Source of the DNA: Thermoplasmata archaeon
GTDB lineage: Archaea; Thermoplasmatota; Thermoplasmata; Methanomassiliicoccales; Methanomethylophilaceae
Assembly (NCBI GenBank): GCA_015063185.1
Contig: SUSY01000006.1
Coordinates: 2,703 to 66,702, forward strand
Length of the DNA stretch: 64,000 nt
Reading direction: 5' to 3'
Numbering within the stretch: position 1 is the first letter of the stretch; every line of letters begins with the position of its first letter. Shown piece after piece: positions 25,736 to 35,700 of the stretch. Made by a program: the position numbers and the translations under genes. The notes beneath the pieces were generated by a model. It had not been told where the DNA came from, searched no databases, and worked only from the letters and a program-made list of their open reading frames with translations.

Positions 25736-27334
25736 ATGAAAGGGGAGAACTTATCTCGCAAAGTCACGCCTGAAATCATTAACAAGCTTCAGGAAATCGT
25801 CGGAATCGACAACGTTAACACGAACGACATGGACAGAATGCTCTATGGTCACGACCTCGCACCTCTGCCCAAGGAGGCAGGTCTTGCCTTCAAGAACATG
25901 CCCGACGTCATCGTCAGGCCCTCTACCACCGAGCAGGTCTCTGCAATTGTCAAGCTCGCATACGAGACCGGTGTCGCAATCGTCCCCCGTGGACAGTCCA
26001 CTTGGGGTCTCGGAGGATCCATGCCCGTCAACGGCGGAATCCTTCTCGACATGGCTTCCAAGATGAACAACATCATCAAGATCGACACCGTCAACATGTC
26101 CGTCAGGGCACAGGCAGGAACCTCCTGGAAGGCAATCCTCGATGCCTGTGAGAAGGAAGGCTTCCTCGTTGGATCCTACCCCTCCAGCTTCCCCTCCGCA
26201 ACTATCGGAGCATGGTTCTCCACTAGCGGAATCGGCCCCGGAGGATACAAATACGGATCCGCAAGGGACAACGCACTCAACATGCAGGTCGTCCTCTCCG
26301 ATGGTACCATCATCGAGACTGGATACGATGCAATCTCCAACAACATGTCCGGATATAACCTCAACCAGCTCTTCGGAGGAGCAGAGGGAACCCTCGGTGT
26401 CATCTGTGAGTGCACCTACAGGATCTATCCCAGGGGAATCGTCAAGCCCGTTGCATACGAGTTCGACCACCTCAGGGACATGGGAGCACCCATCAACGCA
26501 ATTTGTAAGCACCCCAGTGTCAAGCCCCTTCACATCGCATGGTCCGATTACAACCACTTCGAGAACCAGAGGAAGGCAGGCATCCACGCACCTGATGTTT
26601 CCAACCTTCTCCTTGTTACCTTCCAGGGTGACGAGGCATTCGTGAACCTCGAGGAGTCCATCGTCGACAAGTTCGTCGAGGAAGCCGGAGGAAGGAAGGT
26701 CTCCTACGAGATCGCAGAGCACGAGTGGGAGGAGCGCTGCTACGAGTTCCGTGCACGCAGGACTGGAGTAGGTTCCATTCCCGCAGAGGTCGTCGTCACC
26801 AACGACAACTGGGCAAAGTTCGTCGATGAGTGTTATGAGGGTTACAAGGCAATGAAGATGGAGCCCGGAGGAATCATCGGAATGGTCGCAGACCGCAGCA
26901 CTTCCATGTTCATGCCTTACTACTTCAAGGATGACGAGACTCTTCTCGGTATGACTGCATTCGCCTACAACTTCTACATGGGCGACAGGGCGGCCGAGTA
27001 CGGCGGACGTTCCCTCGGTCTCGGTGTCTTCTTCGCATCCAACCTGGATCTCATCCACGATGAGGGTGCAGTCGCTCTCATGAGGAGCCTGAAGACTCAC
27101 CTCGATCCTCATGACGTCATCAACCCCGGACACCTCGTCTGCGGAAACACCAAGTTCGGAATTTCCCTCAACAAGAACATCATGGGTGTTGCATCCAAGC
27201 TCATGTGCGGTGTCAAGAAGATCATGCCCGCTAACAAGACCTTTGAGCGCAACCTCAAGAGGTTCCACTACGATGACATGGAGCACGAGAAGGATCTCTC
27301 CCGTGTTGTCGAGTACGGAAAGGGTACCGAGTAA
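25736..27334 (+). CDS. FAD-linked oxidase (PCMH-type FAD-binding; GlcD / alkyl-DHAP-synthase-like)
   Basis: 532 aa with PDVIVRPSTTEQVSAIVKLAYETGVAIVPRGQSTWGLGGS. GGAGGA RBS. Extreme codon bias, like the methanogenesis genes. Confidence 0.75.
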   Translation: MKGENLSRKVTPEIINKLQEIVGIDNVNTNDMDRMLYGHDLAPLPKEAGLAFKNMPDVIVRPSTTEQVSAIVKLAYETGVAIVPRGQSTWGLGGSMPVNGGILLDMASKMNNIIKIDTVNMSVRAQAGTSWKAILDACEKEGFLVGSYPSSFPSATIGAWFSTSGIGPGGYKYGSARDNALNMQVVLSDGTIIETGYDAISNNMSGYNLNQLFGGAEGTLGVICECTYRIYPRGIVKPVAYEFDHLRDMGAPINAICKHPSVKPLHIAWSDYNHFENQRKAGIHAPDVSNLLLVTFQGDEAFVNLEESIVDKFVEEAGGRKVSYEIAEHEWEERCYEFRARRTGVGSIPAEVVVTNDNWAKFVDECYEGYKAMKMEPGGIIGMVADRSTSMFMPYYFKDDETLLGMTAFAYNFYMGDRAAEYGGRSLGLGVFFASNLDLIHDEGAVALMRSLKTHLDPHDVINPGHLVCGNTKFGISLNKNIMGVASKLMCGVKKIMPANKTFERNLKRFHYDDMEHEKDLSRVVEYGKGTE

Positions 27335-27341
27335 AACTAAA

Positions 27342-27359
27342 AGCGGGCGTAAGCCCGCT
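27342..27359. terminator. stop-proximal GC hairpin (AGCGGGC-gtaa-GCCCGCT) between convergent genes
   Basis: Perfect 7-bp stem with a GTAA loop, starting 8 nt after the TAA at 27332-27334. Confidence 0.45.
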
Positions 27360-27448
27360 ATTCTCCCCAATATTTCTTTATGTGTTAGTGGATACTGCAC
27401 AAACTGTCTTTTTAGATATATTATGGGTCAGTTTAGAAACTTAGGTCA

Positions 27449-28126
27449 TCAGAGGTTGTTTCTGAGTTCGGCGATTGTTGGGTAAACGATGATGTCTGGG
27501 TCTATCTCATACCAATCGTTTTTACCATGTGTTCCGGACGTGACTCCGATAAAACCTGAGCCAGCGGACTTGGCACATTGATAGTCCATTTTGTGATCTC
27601 CCATATACAGGATTTCATTTGGTTTTACACCGATAATATCTGCTAGGCGTCTCATTGAAATCGGATTGGGTTTGGCCTCACTTTCATCATAGTCATCTCT
27701 GGCAACGACACCATCTAAATATTGGGTCATATCGAATTGTGCCAGTGCCTTATCCGCATATGTTCTCCCGCCTCTGGTTAGCACCCCAGTCTTGTAGCCT
27801 TTAGATCTGAGTTCGATGAGTAATTCTTTGACTCCTGGAAATTCTTCTGCATCGTTCAGCCCCTCCATTTCTAGAGCCAACATTTGTGGTGATGTCCTGG
27901 TTCCTATGGCGTCATATTCTTCTTTGGAAATGTTTTCGATAATCCAATCTGCGCCAAGTTCTAAATCAAACTTCTTGCCCCTTTGGCACATCAATTCTTT
28001 TGGAACACCCAGTCTCTCATATTCATCAAAGATGATCTGAGTCATCAGATCATAACGTGGTTTTGTGTTGAGGAGAGTACCATCCATATCAAAACATACG
28101 GCACGGTATTTGGGATCCAAAGGCAT
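27449..28126 (-). CDS. HAD-superfamily hydrolase (phosphatase)
   Basis: 225 aa with the CFDMDGTLLNT (DxDGT) motif I and a GDHKMD motif. Confidence 0.8.
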   Translation of the reverse strand: MPLDPKYRAVCFDMDGTLLNTKPRYDLMTQIIFDEYERLGVPKELMCQRGKKFDLELGADWIIENISKEEYDAIGTRTSPQMLALEMEGLNDAEEFPGVKELLIELRSKGYKTGVLTRGGRTYADKALAQFDMTQYLDGVVARDDYDESEAKPNPISMRRLADIIGVKPNEILYMGDHKMDYQCAKSAGSGFIGVTSGTHGKNDWYEIDPDIIVYPTIAELRNNL

Positions 28127-28241
28127 ATCTGTGGAATTGCAATATATGATTTAGGTATTGTGACCAATTCGATTCGATGGTCGCTATCGAATTTGATTGT
28201 ATAGCCGGTTTTTGTCTAGGCTCATGTTAAAGTGAGAAAGT

Positions 28242-28543
28242 GCCAGGTGATGGGAGTAGCCCCCCTTCTGTTTTAGGCGGCATTCAACTAACGCACCCTA
28301 CCCGCCGGTCCTGAGCAAATCATCCCGGCCGTTTGGGCTTGCTCCGATGGGGTGTCGCCGTTTCACCAAATCTTCGGGAACGTCACTGTCTAGCAGATCA
28401 TCCTGTTTACCGAAGCTGTGTCGTTTCTGGGCCCTTGCCCGAGCTCTCGCCCGGTCGTATTTCACGACCCACCATGCTCTGTGGAGGAGGGAACTTCCTC
28501 GGCTGGATCAAGTCCTACCGTCAGCCGCCCTCCATCTCCTGGC
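28242..28543 (-). ncRNA. rnpB: RNase P RNA (archaeal type A-like)
   Basis: The reverse complement reads GCCAGGAGAUGGAGG...CCGAGGAAGUUCC...GGUGAAACGGCGA...ACAGAAGGGGGCUAC...CUCCCAUCACCUGGC. P1 pairing is between the ends, and the P4-type strands GAGGAAnUnCC and ACAGAAnnnGGCUA are present. Confidence 0.75.
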
Positions 28544-28646
28544 AAATAGGTGATATTCTACGTGTTAATTAACATTACGTGGTGCATTATGCAAGAATAC
28601 AATCGATAAGTTTATTAATGATACCTCTATTGCAGACTCATCACAT

Positions 28647-28730
28647 GCAAGGGTAGTCAAGCCTGGCCAACGACGCTAGCTTGAGGGGCTAGTCCTTAGT
28701 GGTCCGTGGGTTCAAATCCCATCCCTTGCA
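28647..28730 (+). tRNA. tRNA-Leu (anticodon GAG), class II with a long variable arm; no encoded CCA
   Basis: Hand-folded: acceptor GCAAGGG/CCCTTGC, D stem GTC/GAC, anticodon stem CTAGC/GCTAG with loop TTGAGGG, and T arm GTGGG-TTCAAAT-CCCAT. Confidence 0.85.
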
Positions 28731-28736
28731 CTATTC

Positions 28737-30233
28737 TCACTTCTTCATCTGTTCGGATTTCTTTGCGGTTATCGGTTTTCCGTCGAAGTCGTATTTTGAA
28801 AGTGATGTGCACACTCTGTCCACATATGCAGAGTCTATTTGCACATAGGTGTAACTTTTCTTCATATCGATCGTGCCGATGGATGTGTGTTTGATACCGG
28901 AGCTGATCTGGATGAATTCGACGATGTCCTTCTTGGCAATATCACTGGCTGTTCCAATGTCTATTACTATAGTGGTGAAGGATTCAGGGAGTCCTTTTTT
29001 CTTTTCCTTCTTCTCTTTCTCCCTTCTTTCGCGCTCTTTTCTTCCCTGTTCCTCAGCCTTGGAGAGTTTTTTCTTTACACCTTTGTTGTCTTCGGGATGG
29101 AGGTTCTTGTTGGCCTCGTGGTGTATCAACTCCATCTCCGTTTTGACGATTTCCACATTGTTCACACGGGCGATCTTGCGTAGCGACCTTTCCTCATCGG
29201 CATCGAGCACGAACGTGTATGCAATACCCTTCTTTCCGGCCCTTCCTGTCCTCCCTATGCGGTGAACATAGGTCTCGGGGTCTGTCATGTCGTAGTTGAT
29301 GACGAGCCCCACATCATCGATGTCAAGGCCTCTTGCGGCGACGTCCGTGGCGATGAGGATATCGATCTTGTCATCCTTGAAGTCTTTGACGACCCTCTCT
29401 CTTCTGGCCTGTGCTATATCGCCGTGAAGAACATCCACGTTGTATCCTGTGTTCTTCATCTTTCTTCCAAGTTGTGTACACCTGTGTTTCATCTTCATGA
29501 AGACAATGGTCTTTTTTCTTTCCTTATCGAAAATCGTGCACAATGCATCCTTCTTGGTGTCCTTGTCAGCGATCATGTATCTCTGTTCGATGAGATCCAG
29601 GACGATCTCATCCTTGGACACCAATAGTTCTTCGGGATCTCTCATCTTGTTCAGTGCCAGATTCTTGACTTCGTCGGGCATAGTAGCGGAAAACATCATA
29701 TTCTGTCTCTTTTTGGGGAGCCAAGAGATAATAAAGTCGAGGTCCTTTGCGAATCCCATGTCCAGCATTCTGTCCGCCTCATCTAGGACGGCTATGCTGA
29801 CCTTGGAGATGCGAAGTGCCTTCTTATTGAGAAGGTCCTTCAACCTTCCCGGAGTTCCAATTACGATGTCCACTCCCTTTTTGAGTTCGGCCGCTTGCCT
29901 TTCAATACTCACTCCTCCATAGATAGCCATACATCTGTGTCCAGAATAGAACGCCATTTTCGTGAGTTCTTCAGATACCTGAAGTGCCAGTTCCCTTGTC
30001 GGTGTGATGATGAGTGCTGAAGGGATGTTGTATCCGCTGCCGATGCGACTCAGGATGATCGAACCATATGTGCCAGTCTTACCTGTGCCGGTTTGAGCCT
30101 GGACCAGGATGTCCTTTCCAGTGAGGCCTACTGGAATTGCCTCCGACTGTACCGGGGTGGGCTCATCCCACCCTATCCTCTTGATTGCCTTCGTAATGCT
30201 TTCTTGGACACCCAACTTGGAGAACGAGTTCAT
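28737..30233 (-). CDS. DEAD-box ATP-dependent RNA helicase with a KE-rich linker and DbpA-like C-terminal RNA-binding domain
   Basis: AQTGTGKT, PTRELA, VLDEADRM, FSAT and HRIGRTGRAG motifs. The ORF opens at 30284, but the start at MNSFSKLG (30233) is preferred. Confidence 0.9.
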   Translation of the reverse strand: MNSFSKLGVQESITKAIKRIGWDEPTPVQSEAIPVGLTGKDILVQAQTGTGKTGTYGSIILSRIGSGYNIPSALIITPTRELALQVSEELTKMAFYSGHRCMAIYGGVSIERQAAELKKGVDIVIGTPGRLKDLLNKKALRISKVSIAVLDEADRMLDMGFAKDLDFIISWLPKKRQNMMFSATMPDEVKNLALNKMRDPEELLVSKDEIVLDLIEQRYMIADKDTKKDALCTIFDKERKKTIVFMKMKHRCTQLGRKMKNTGYNVDVLHGDIAQARRERVVKDFKDDKIDILIATDVAARGLDIDDVGLVINYDMTDPETYVHRIGRTGRAGKKGIAYTFVLDADEERSLRKIARVNNVEIVKTEMELIHHEANKNLHPEDNKGVKKKLSKAEEQGRKERERREKEKKEKKKGLPESFTTIVIDIGTASDIAKKDIVEFIQISSGIKHTSIGTIDMKKSYTYVQIDSAYVDRVCTSLSKYDFDGKPITAKKSEQMKK

Positions 30234-30339
30234 ATGAATCCTGCCATTGACGATTAATCGTCCTATGGTGGTGTTGCTATTCATCGTTATAACTTTGGCG
30301 GTGGCAGAGATATTTATCAGGAGCGTGATACTTGTGCTA

Positions 30340-31176
30340 ATGTCAAGACTTCTGATATGCTGTCAACAGGACCTTCCGTCAGTGAACATGAATGCCTGTC
30401 TCAGGGCGCAGGATGGATGGGAGGAACTCGGTTCGGACGGAAATGGTAGCTATTGTGTCAGAGGTAACGACGTCATCATGACGATCCAGGACAAGCACAT
30501 CACTCATGAGGATATCGACCTCCATGCGGAGGCATTCGGAGTGAAGGTGGACGAGGTGGTCTTCATGTCCAAGCACAGTGCCGCCAGTGGAATACCAACA
30601 TTGACGGTCCATCCTATCGGTAATTTCAAGGAGGCGGAGTTCGGAGGTAGGAGTAACACCCTTGTCAACTCAGCGCCTGCATCGATGAGTGATGCATTGA
30701 GGAAGATTTCCAAGTACAACGATACGGACGTTTACAAGGTGTCCTTCGAGGTCACCCATCATGGTCCTTATCTGGAGAAACCAACTTGGTTCATAGAGAT
30801 CGGTTCGGACGAATCACATTGGGGTGATGTACATGCCGCAGAGATCCTGTCCAAGGTCATATGTGACAATGAGCCAGATAAGGATTATGTAGTGGCGATC
30901 GGTGTCGGTGGCGGGCATTATGCACCTAGATTTACGGAAATGGTCATGGGTTACAGAATCAGTATCGGTCATATGGTGCCAGGATATCAGACGGAAGGTA
31001 TGGACGATGATACGGTCATAACCTATCTGAAGGCTGCATCTGAGGCCACCGAGAATACCAAGTGCGTATATATGCACAAGAAGGCCTACAAGAGGCCGGA
31101 GGAGAAGAGGATCACAGGCCTGATAGAGTCTCTGGGTATGGAGATTCTGAGCTCTAAGGACCTGGAACCTCTGTGA
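30340..31176 (+). CDS. dtdA: D-aminoacyl-tRNA deacylase, archaeal type (DTD2)
   Basis: 278 aa from MSRLLICC. It contains ...LTVHPIGNF...FEVTHHGP...FIEIGS...GGGHYAPRF, typical of DtdA. The ORF opens earlier, at 30247. Confidence 0.75.
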   Translation: MSRLLICCQQDLPSVNMNACLRAQDGWEELGSDGNGSYCVRGNDVIMTIQDKHITHEDIDLHAEAFGVKVDEVVFMSKHSAASGIPTLTVHPIGNFKEAEFGGRSNTLVNSAPASMSDALRKISKYNDTDVYKVSFEVTHHGPYLEKPTWFIEIGSDESHWGDVHAAEILSKVICDNEPDKDYVVAIGVGGGHYAPRFTEMVMGYRISIGHMVPGYQTEGMDDDTVITYLKAASEATENTKCVYMHKKAYKRPEEKRITGLIESLGMEILSSKDLEPL

Positions 31177-31182
31177 TGGTTT

Positions 31183-31866
31183 TCAGTGGGAATCCACAAA
31201 GGTTCCCTTTATCTCATTACCCAGGATCGCATTTCTGAGTTCTTCTATGTCCCTTCCGTTTACCATATAGAGGTCGATATTCTCCCTCATTGCGATGGTG
31301 ACTCCGAGGGGATCGAACACACAGGACTTTCCCGCGTCGTGGTCATCGTATACCACTTCCTTCAATTCCTGTATGGTCATTCTGCTGTATCTTTTGGCAT
31401 TGGGGTTCTTCCTGGGATCGTCAGAATACACAGCATCCACGTTGCTGGCATTGATGATCCTGTTTGCTTTGAGGTTCTCGGCGATCATGGATGCTACTGC
31501 ATCAGTGGTGTGACCCGGTTCCGTTCCACCCATGACGACGATCCTTCCGGGTTCGGACATCCTGGCACAATCCTCTGCCCTAAGCGGGATCTCACTGTTA
31601 GCGATGTCTCCGAGTGCTACGGTGAGGAGTTTGGCGTTGACTCTGGTGATACCTATGCCAAGCTCATCCAATTGGTACAATGTTCCGCCGAGTTCCCTTG
31701 CGGTCTCCGAATAGTAACGGGACATCTTACCGCCACCGACGACGACTGCAATCTGCACTTTCTCAGATGTCTCTTTGAGCATCTTTGCGAGTTCTGCTAT
31801 GTACTTCGCATCGTCATTGCCGGGGATGAGCACTGACCCACCGACGGATATCACCACTTTGTCCAT
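31183..31866 (-). CDS. pyrH: UMP kinase (archaeal)
   Basis: MDKVVISVGGSVL...IAVVVGGGKMSRYY...VMGGTEPGHTTD. The ORF opens at 31878. Confidence 0.85.
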   Translation of the reverse strand: MDKVVISVGGSVLIPGNDDAKYIAELAKMLKETSEKVQIAVVVGGGKMSRYYSETARELGGTLYQLDELGIGITRVNAKLLTVALGDIANSEIPLRAEDCARMSEPGRIVVMGGTEPGHTTDAVASMIAENLKANRIINASNVDAVYSDDPRKNPNAKRYSRMTIQELKEVVYDDHDAGKSCVFDPLGVTIAMRENIDLYMVNGRDIEELRNAILGNEIKGTFVDSH

Positions 31867-31931
31867 GGTTGCCAACAATACCTTTATTATTAATGTGCAT
31901 TTCCTTCACTATCGGCCGTTGGAGGAAAAAT

Positions 31932-33167
31932 ATGGCAGAGAGTGGTTCAGTCGAGAGGGCAAAATACGATTTCAAGAAAGCTATGCAGGAACTCACGAGC
32001 GTCAGGGGACGCGGAACGGAACTGATTTCCGTTTACATTCCTCCGAGCAAACAGATCTCGGACGTCATGGCATACCTCAGGGACGAGTACTCTCAATCGT
32101 CCAACATCAAGTCGAAGGGCACTATGAAGAACGTTCAGAGTGCTATTGATTCAATAATGTCGCGACTCAAGACGTACAAGGAAATCCCACCGAACGGTGT
32201 CGTGATCTTCTGTGGAGAGGTTCCCAGGGCAGGGGATCAGACCAAGATGGTCCAGTACGTCATCGACCCTCCAGAGTCGATCACCGCATTCCTTTACAGA
32301 TGCGATTCCACATTCTTCACCGATCCACTCGATGTCATGCTTCTCGACAAGAAGTACTATGGACTCATCGTCATTGATAGGAAAGAGGCCACTATCGGTA
32401 TGTTGGCAGGAAGTAGGATCCAGGTGCTGAAGCACTTCGATTCATTGGTTCCTTCCAAGCATCACCAGGGTGGTCAGTCGTCAGTCCGTTTCGAGAGATT
32501 GATCGAGATCGCAGCACACGAGTTCTTCAAGAAGGTCGCTGACAATGCGACTACGGTCTTCCTTGACAGTATCCTCGATCTTCAGGGTATCCTCATCGGA
32601 GGTCCCGGATCGACAAAGGATTTCTTCATCAAAGAAGGGTATCTGCACCACGAACTTCAGAAGAAGGTTGTCAGTCCTCTTTTCGACACATGTTACACCG
32701 ACGAGTTCGGACTCAAGGAGCTTGTGGACAATGCAAAGGATGCCATCATCGGAATGGATCTTCTTAAGGAGAAGCAATTGGTCCAGAGGCTCCTTACGGA
32801 AATCAGAAAGTCCGATGGCGGTCTTTCCTCATATGGAGAGAACCTTGTCAGGGACGCGGTCAACATGTCCGCTGTGGACGTCCTTTTGCTCTCAGAGGGA
32901 CTCAACAAGAGACGTATCGCCGTGAAGTGCCCACAGGGACACGAATACGAGGATACAGTCAATGATGCTGATTCCAAGGTCGAATGTAAAATCTGTGGAT
33001 CCAATGCGGAGGTTGTGAAGAACGAGGATCTCGTTGACGACTTCTTCGAGCTTGCTGAACCTTACAACACCAAGGTCGAGATCATCTCCATGGATTCCGA
33101 GGAGGGTCAGATGTTGATGGCCGCCTTCGGAGGTATCGCAGGAATCCTCAGATACAAAGTGATGTGA
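31932..33167 (+). CDS. prf1: peptide chain release factor aRF1
   Basis: 411 aa from MAESGSVERAKYDFKK, with a GGAGG RBS. NIKS motif (SSNIKSKG) and GGQS motif (HHQGGQSS). Confidence 0.9.
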   Translation: MAESGSVERAKYDFKKAMQELTSVRGRGTELISVYIPPSKQISDVMAYLRDEYSQSSNIKSKGTMKNVQSAIDSIMSRLKTYKEIPPNGVVIFCGEVPRAGDQTKMVQYVIDPPESITAFLYRCDSTFFTDPLDVMLLDKKYYGLIVIDRKEATIGMLAGSRIQVLKHFDSLVPSKHHQGGQSSVRFERLIEIAAHEFFKKVADNATTVFLDSILDLQGILIGGPGSTKDFFIKEGYLHHELQKKVVSPLFDTCYTDEFGLKELVDNAKDAIIGMDLLKEKQLVQRLLTEIRKSDGGLSSYGENLVRDAVNMSAVDVLLLSEGLNKRRIAVKCPQGHEYEDTVNDADSKVECKICGSNAEVVKNEDLVDDFFELAEPYNTKVEIISMDSEEGQMLMAAFGGIAGILRYKVM

Positions 33168-34939
33168 TTCTCATGTCCGTAATTGAACAATTCACTGCCG
33201 ATGTAATCGACTCGGTTAAGAAGGTGCTGGAAGAGATGGATGTCAGGGATGTATCATTCCAGACCGAAATCCCTCCGAACGATGCCGCCGATCTTGCGGT
33301 CCCATGCTTCCAGATGTCCAAGGTCCTTAGGAAGGCACCTGCGATGATAGCGGAGGAGATCGCATCGAAGATCGTACCCGTCGGCATGATCGCTTCCGTA
33401 TCCGCTATGAACGGATACCTCAATTTCAAGATGGATGAGAAGGCCCTCATCGAAGGTACAGTCCAGAGCATCCTCGATGCGGATGACAGATACGGATCCT
33501 GGCCTAAGAAAGGTATTAGGGTGAATGTGGAGCACACCTCCACAAATCCAACCGGTCCCATCCATGTCGGACGTGCCAGAAATCCCGTTATAGGAGATAC
33601 TCTTGCACGTGCGCTCTCCATGTGCGGTTACGATGTCAGTACCGAGTACTACGTCAACGATGTCGGAAAGCAGGTCGTCATCCTCACCTGGGGAGTCAAC
33701 AACCTCACCGAGGAGCAGGCCAACGAGGAACGTGACAGATGGGCCAAGGAGCACGAGAAGGAAGGTCAGGTCGAGGATCGTGACAAGACCGATCACAAGT
33801 GGGTCGCATTCTATCGTATTGCCAACAGGATGATGGAGAACGATCCCATTGTCAAGGAGGAGATCTCCGATATGCTCAGGAGATTCGAGGCAGGGGACCA
33901 GGAGGTCATCGATACTGTCAGGAAGACCGCTGAGGGCATGCTCGATGGACTCAGACAGACTCTTGGAAACATCGGAGTCGTCCTCGATACATACACTTGG
34001 GAATCCAAATTCATCGCGGACGGTTCTGCAAGAGAGGTCGTTGAAAAGATAAAGCAGTCCGATAAGGCAGGTCAGGAGGAGAACGGCGCATGGTTCGTCG
34101 ATCTCAAGGACTATGGAATCCATGGAAAGAACACAAAGTTCACTTTCACAAGGGCGGATGGTACCACCTTGTACACCACCAGGGACATCGCATATCACCT
34201 CGACAAGTTCAAGAGGGCTGACAGGCTCATTGACGTTCTCGGAGAGGATCAGAAGCTCGGAAGCAAGCAACTCTGTTCCGTTCTTGACATCCTTGGATGT
34301 GAGAGGATGCCTGAACCTATGTTCTACTCCTTCGTTTCGCTTCCTGAGGGAAAGATGTCCACCAGGAAAGGTGTCGTTGTCTACCTTGATGATCTGATCG
34401 ACGAGGCCGTTGCAAGGGCATACGAGGAGATCAAGCAGAGGCGTACCGATATTCCCGAGGATAAGATGCGCATGATCGCCAATGCGGTCGGTGTCGGTGC
34501 CATCAGGTACAACATCGTGCGTGTACAGCCGGAGAAACAGTTCGTCTTCACGTGGGACGATGCGCTCAATTTCGATGGGAACAGCGGTCCATTCGTACAG
34601 TATGCACATGCAAGGGCATGCAGCATGCTGAGGAAGGCAGGTGACTTCGATAAGATCGTGGACGCATCCAAACTTTCCGATGCGTCCGAGGTCAAGTTGG
34701 TCAAGGTCCTGTCCAAGATGCCCGAGATCATCAAGTCTGCGGCAGAGGACAGGCGCATACACCTCCTGCCTGCATACGCACACGAGGTGGCATCCGCATT
34801 CAATCAGTTCTATGCGGCAGTCCCCGTCCTCACTTCCACCGAGTCCAGGGATGCACGTGTGACGCTCGTGTATTGTACAAGGATCGTCCTTAGGAATATT
34901 TTGAACACTATGGGACTCGCGGCTCCGGAGGAGATGTAA
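33164..34939 (+). CDS. argS: arginine--tRNA ligase
   Basis: 591 aa with HTSTNPTGPIHVGRARN (HIGH-type) and GKMSTRKG (KMSKS-type). The GTG start overlaps the prf1 stop (GTGA). An alternative ATG is at 33173. Confidence 0.9.
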   Translation: MILMSVIEQFTADVIDSVKKVLEEMDVRDVSFQTEIPPNDAADLAVPCFQMSKVLRKAPAMIAEEIASKIVPVGMIASVSAMNGYLNFKMDEKALIEGTVQSILDADDRYGSWPKKGIRVNVEHTSTNPTGPIHVGRARNPVIGDTLARALSMCGYDVSTEYYVNDVGKQVVILTWGVNNLTEEQANEERDRWAKEHEKEGQVEDRDKTDHKWVAFYRIANRMMENDPIVKEEISDMLRRFEAGDQEVIDTVRKTAEGMLDGLRQTLGNIGVVLDTYTWESKFIADGSAREVVEKIKQSDKAGQEENGAWFVDLKDYGIHGKNTKFTFTRADGTTLYTTRDIAYHLDKFKRADRLIDVLGEDQKLGSKQLCSVLDILGCERMPEPMFYSFVSLPEGKMSTRKGVVVYLDDLIDEAVARAYEEIKQRRTDIPEDKMRMIANAVGVGAIRYNIVRVQPEKQFVFTWDDALNFDGNSGPFVQYAHARACSMLRKAGDFDKIVDASKLSDASEVKLVKVLSKMPEIIKSAAEDRRIHLLPAYAHEVASAFNQFYAAVPVLTSTESRDARVTLVYCTRIVLRNILNTMGLAAPEEM

Positions 34940-34940
34940 G

Positions 34941-35453
34941 ATGGAGATCCGTCCCATGAAGCTCAAGGACTTGGTTAAGGTCCGTGATTTGGAGATGGAG
35001 TGCATCAGGGAGTACTTCTCCAAGACACTCGAGAACAAGTGGGAGGACCTCCCTCCTGAGTGGAAGGATGGTCTGGGAGCCAGTTGTAGGGGCTCCTACC
35101 AGTTGTACATCGATTCAGGTCTGAGCTTCGTGGCGGAGGAAGATGGGGAGATCATGGGCTTCATATTCGCCCAGATGCTCCACCATGTCTACAATGTCGA
35201 GAACCTTGTATGGATAGAGAACATGGGTGTCCACAACTATTTCAGACGTATGGGTATCGGTTACAAGCTCCTTCGCAAGGTCGCCGATGTCGGAATGGAG
35301 ATGGGTTCCACTGTCGTTCACAGTGCCATTCAGCCGGACAATCTTCCCTCCATCATGCTTCATAAGAAGCTAGGGTTCTTTATGGACAGGCGTGAGGTCG
35401 CATTATTGGACCTCAACGATCTCCGTAAGAAGACCCAGATCCCTAAACCATGA
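34941..35453 (+). CDS. GNAT-family N-acetyltransferase
   Basis: 170 aa with motif A-like VHNYFRRMGIGYKLLRKV. Confidence 0.75.
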   Translation: MEIRPMKLKDLVKVRDLEMECIREYFSKTLENKWEDLPPEWKDGLGASCRGSYQLYIDSGLSFVAEEDGEIMGFIFAQMLHHVYNVENLVWIENMGVHNYFRRMGIGYKLLRKVADVGMEMGSTVVHSAIQPDNLPSIMLHKKLGFFMDRREVALLDLNDLRKKTQIPKP

Positions 35454-35700
35454 GTTTAGGGACTCTGTTTCAAACAGTTTTTCATCACATTAGATTATCC
35501 TGTCATTCGTTGTATCGATGGTGATCTCACCATCTATGTTTTCAAGACATCTACAATCTGGGTGTACTGAGCAACCAGGGAATTCCATCCACCATGTTGT
35601 TTGAAGTGCTATGTAGAAATGAATTTCTGCCATATAACTGGCATCTTCTGTCCGCATATTTTTGACTAAAAATAGGTAAGGGGTTTGGAGTTCCAAGCGC

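Noticed and set aside
28333-28572. Two overlapping plus-strand ORFs (79 and 68 aa) between the HAD gene and tRNA-Leu.
   Set aside because: The region folds as RNase P RNA on the minus strand, with P1 end-pairing and conserved P4-type strands. The ORFs are by-products of a GC-rich structured RNA gene.
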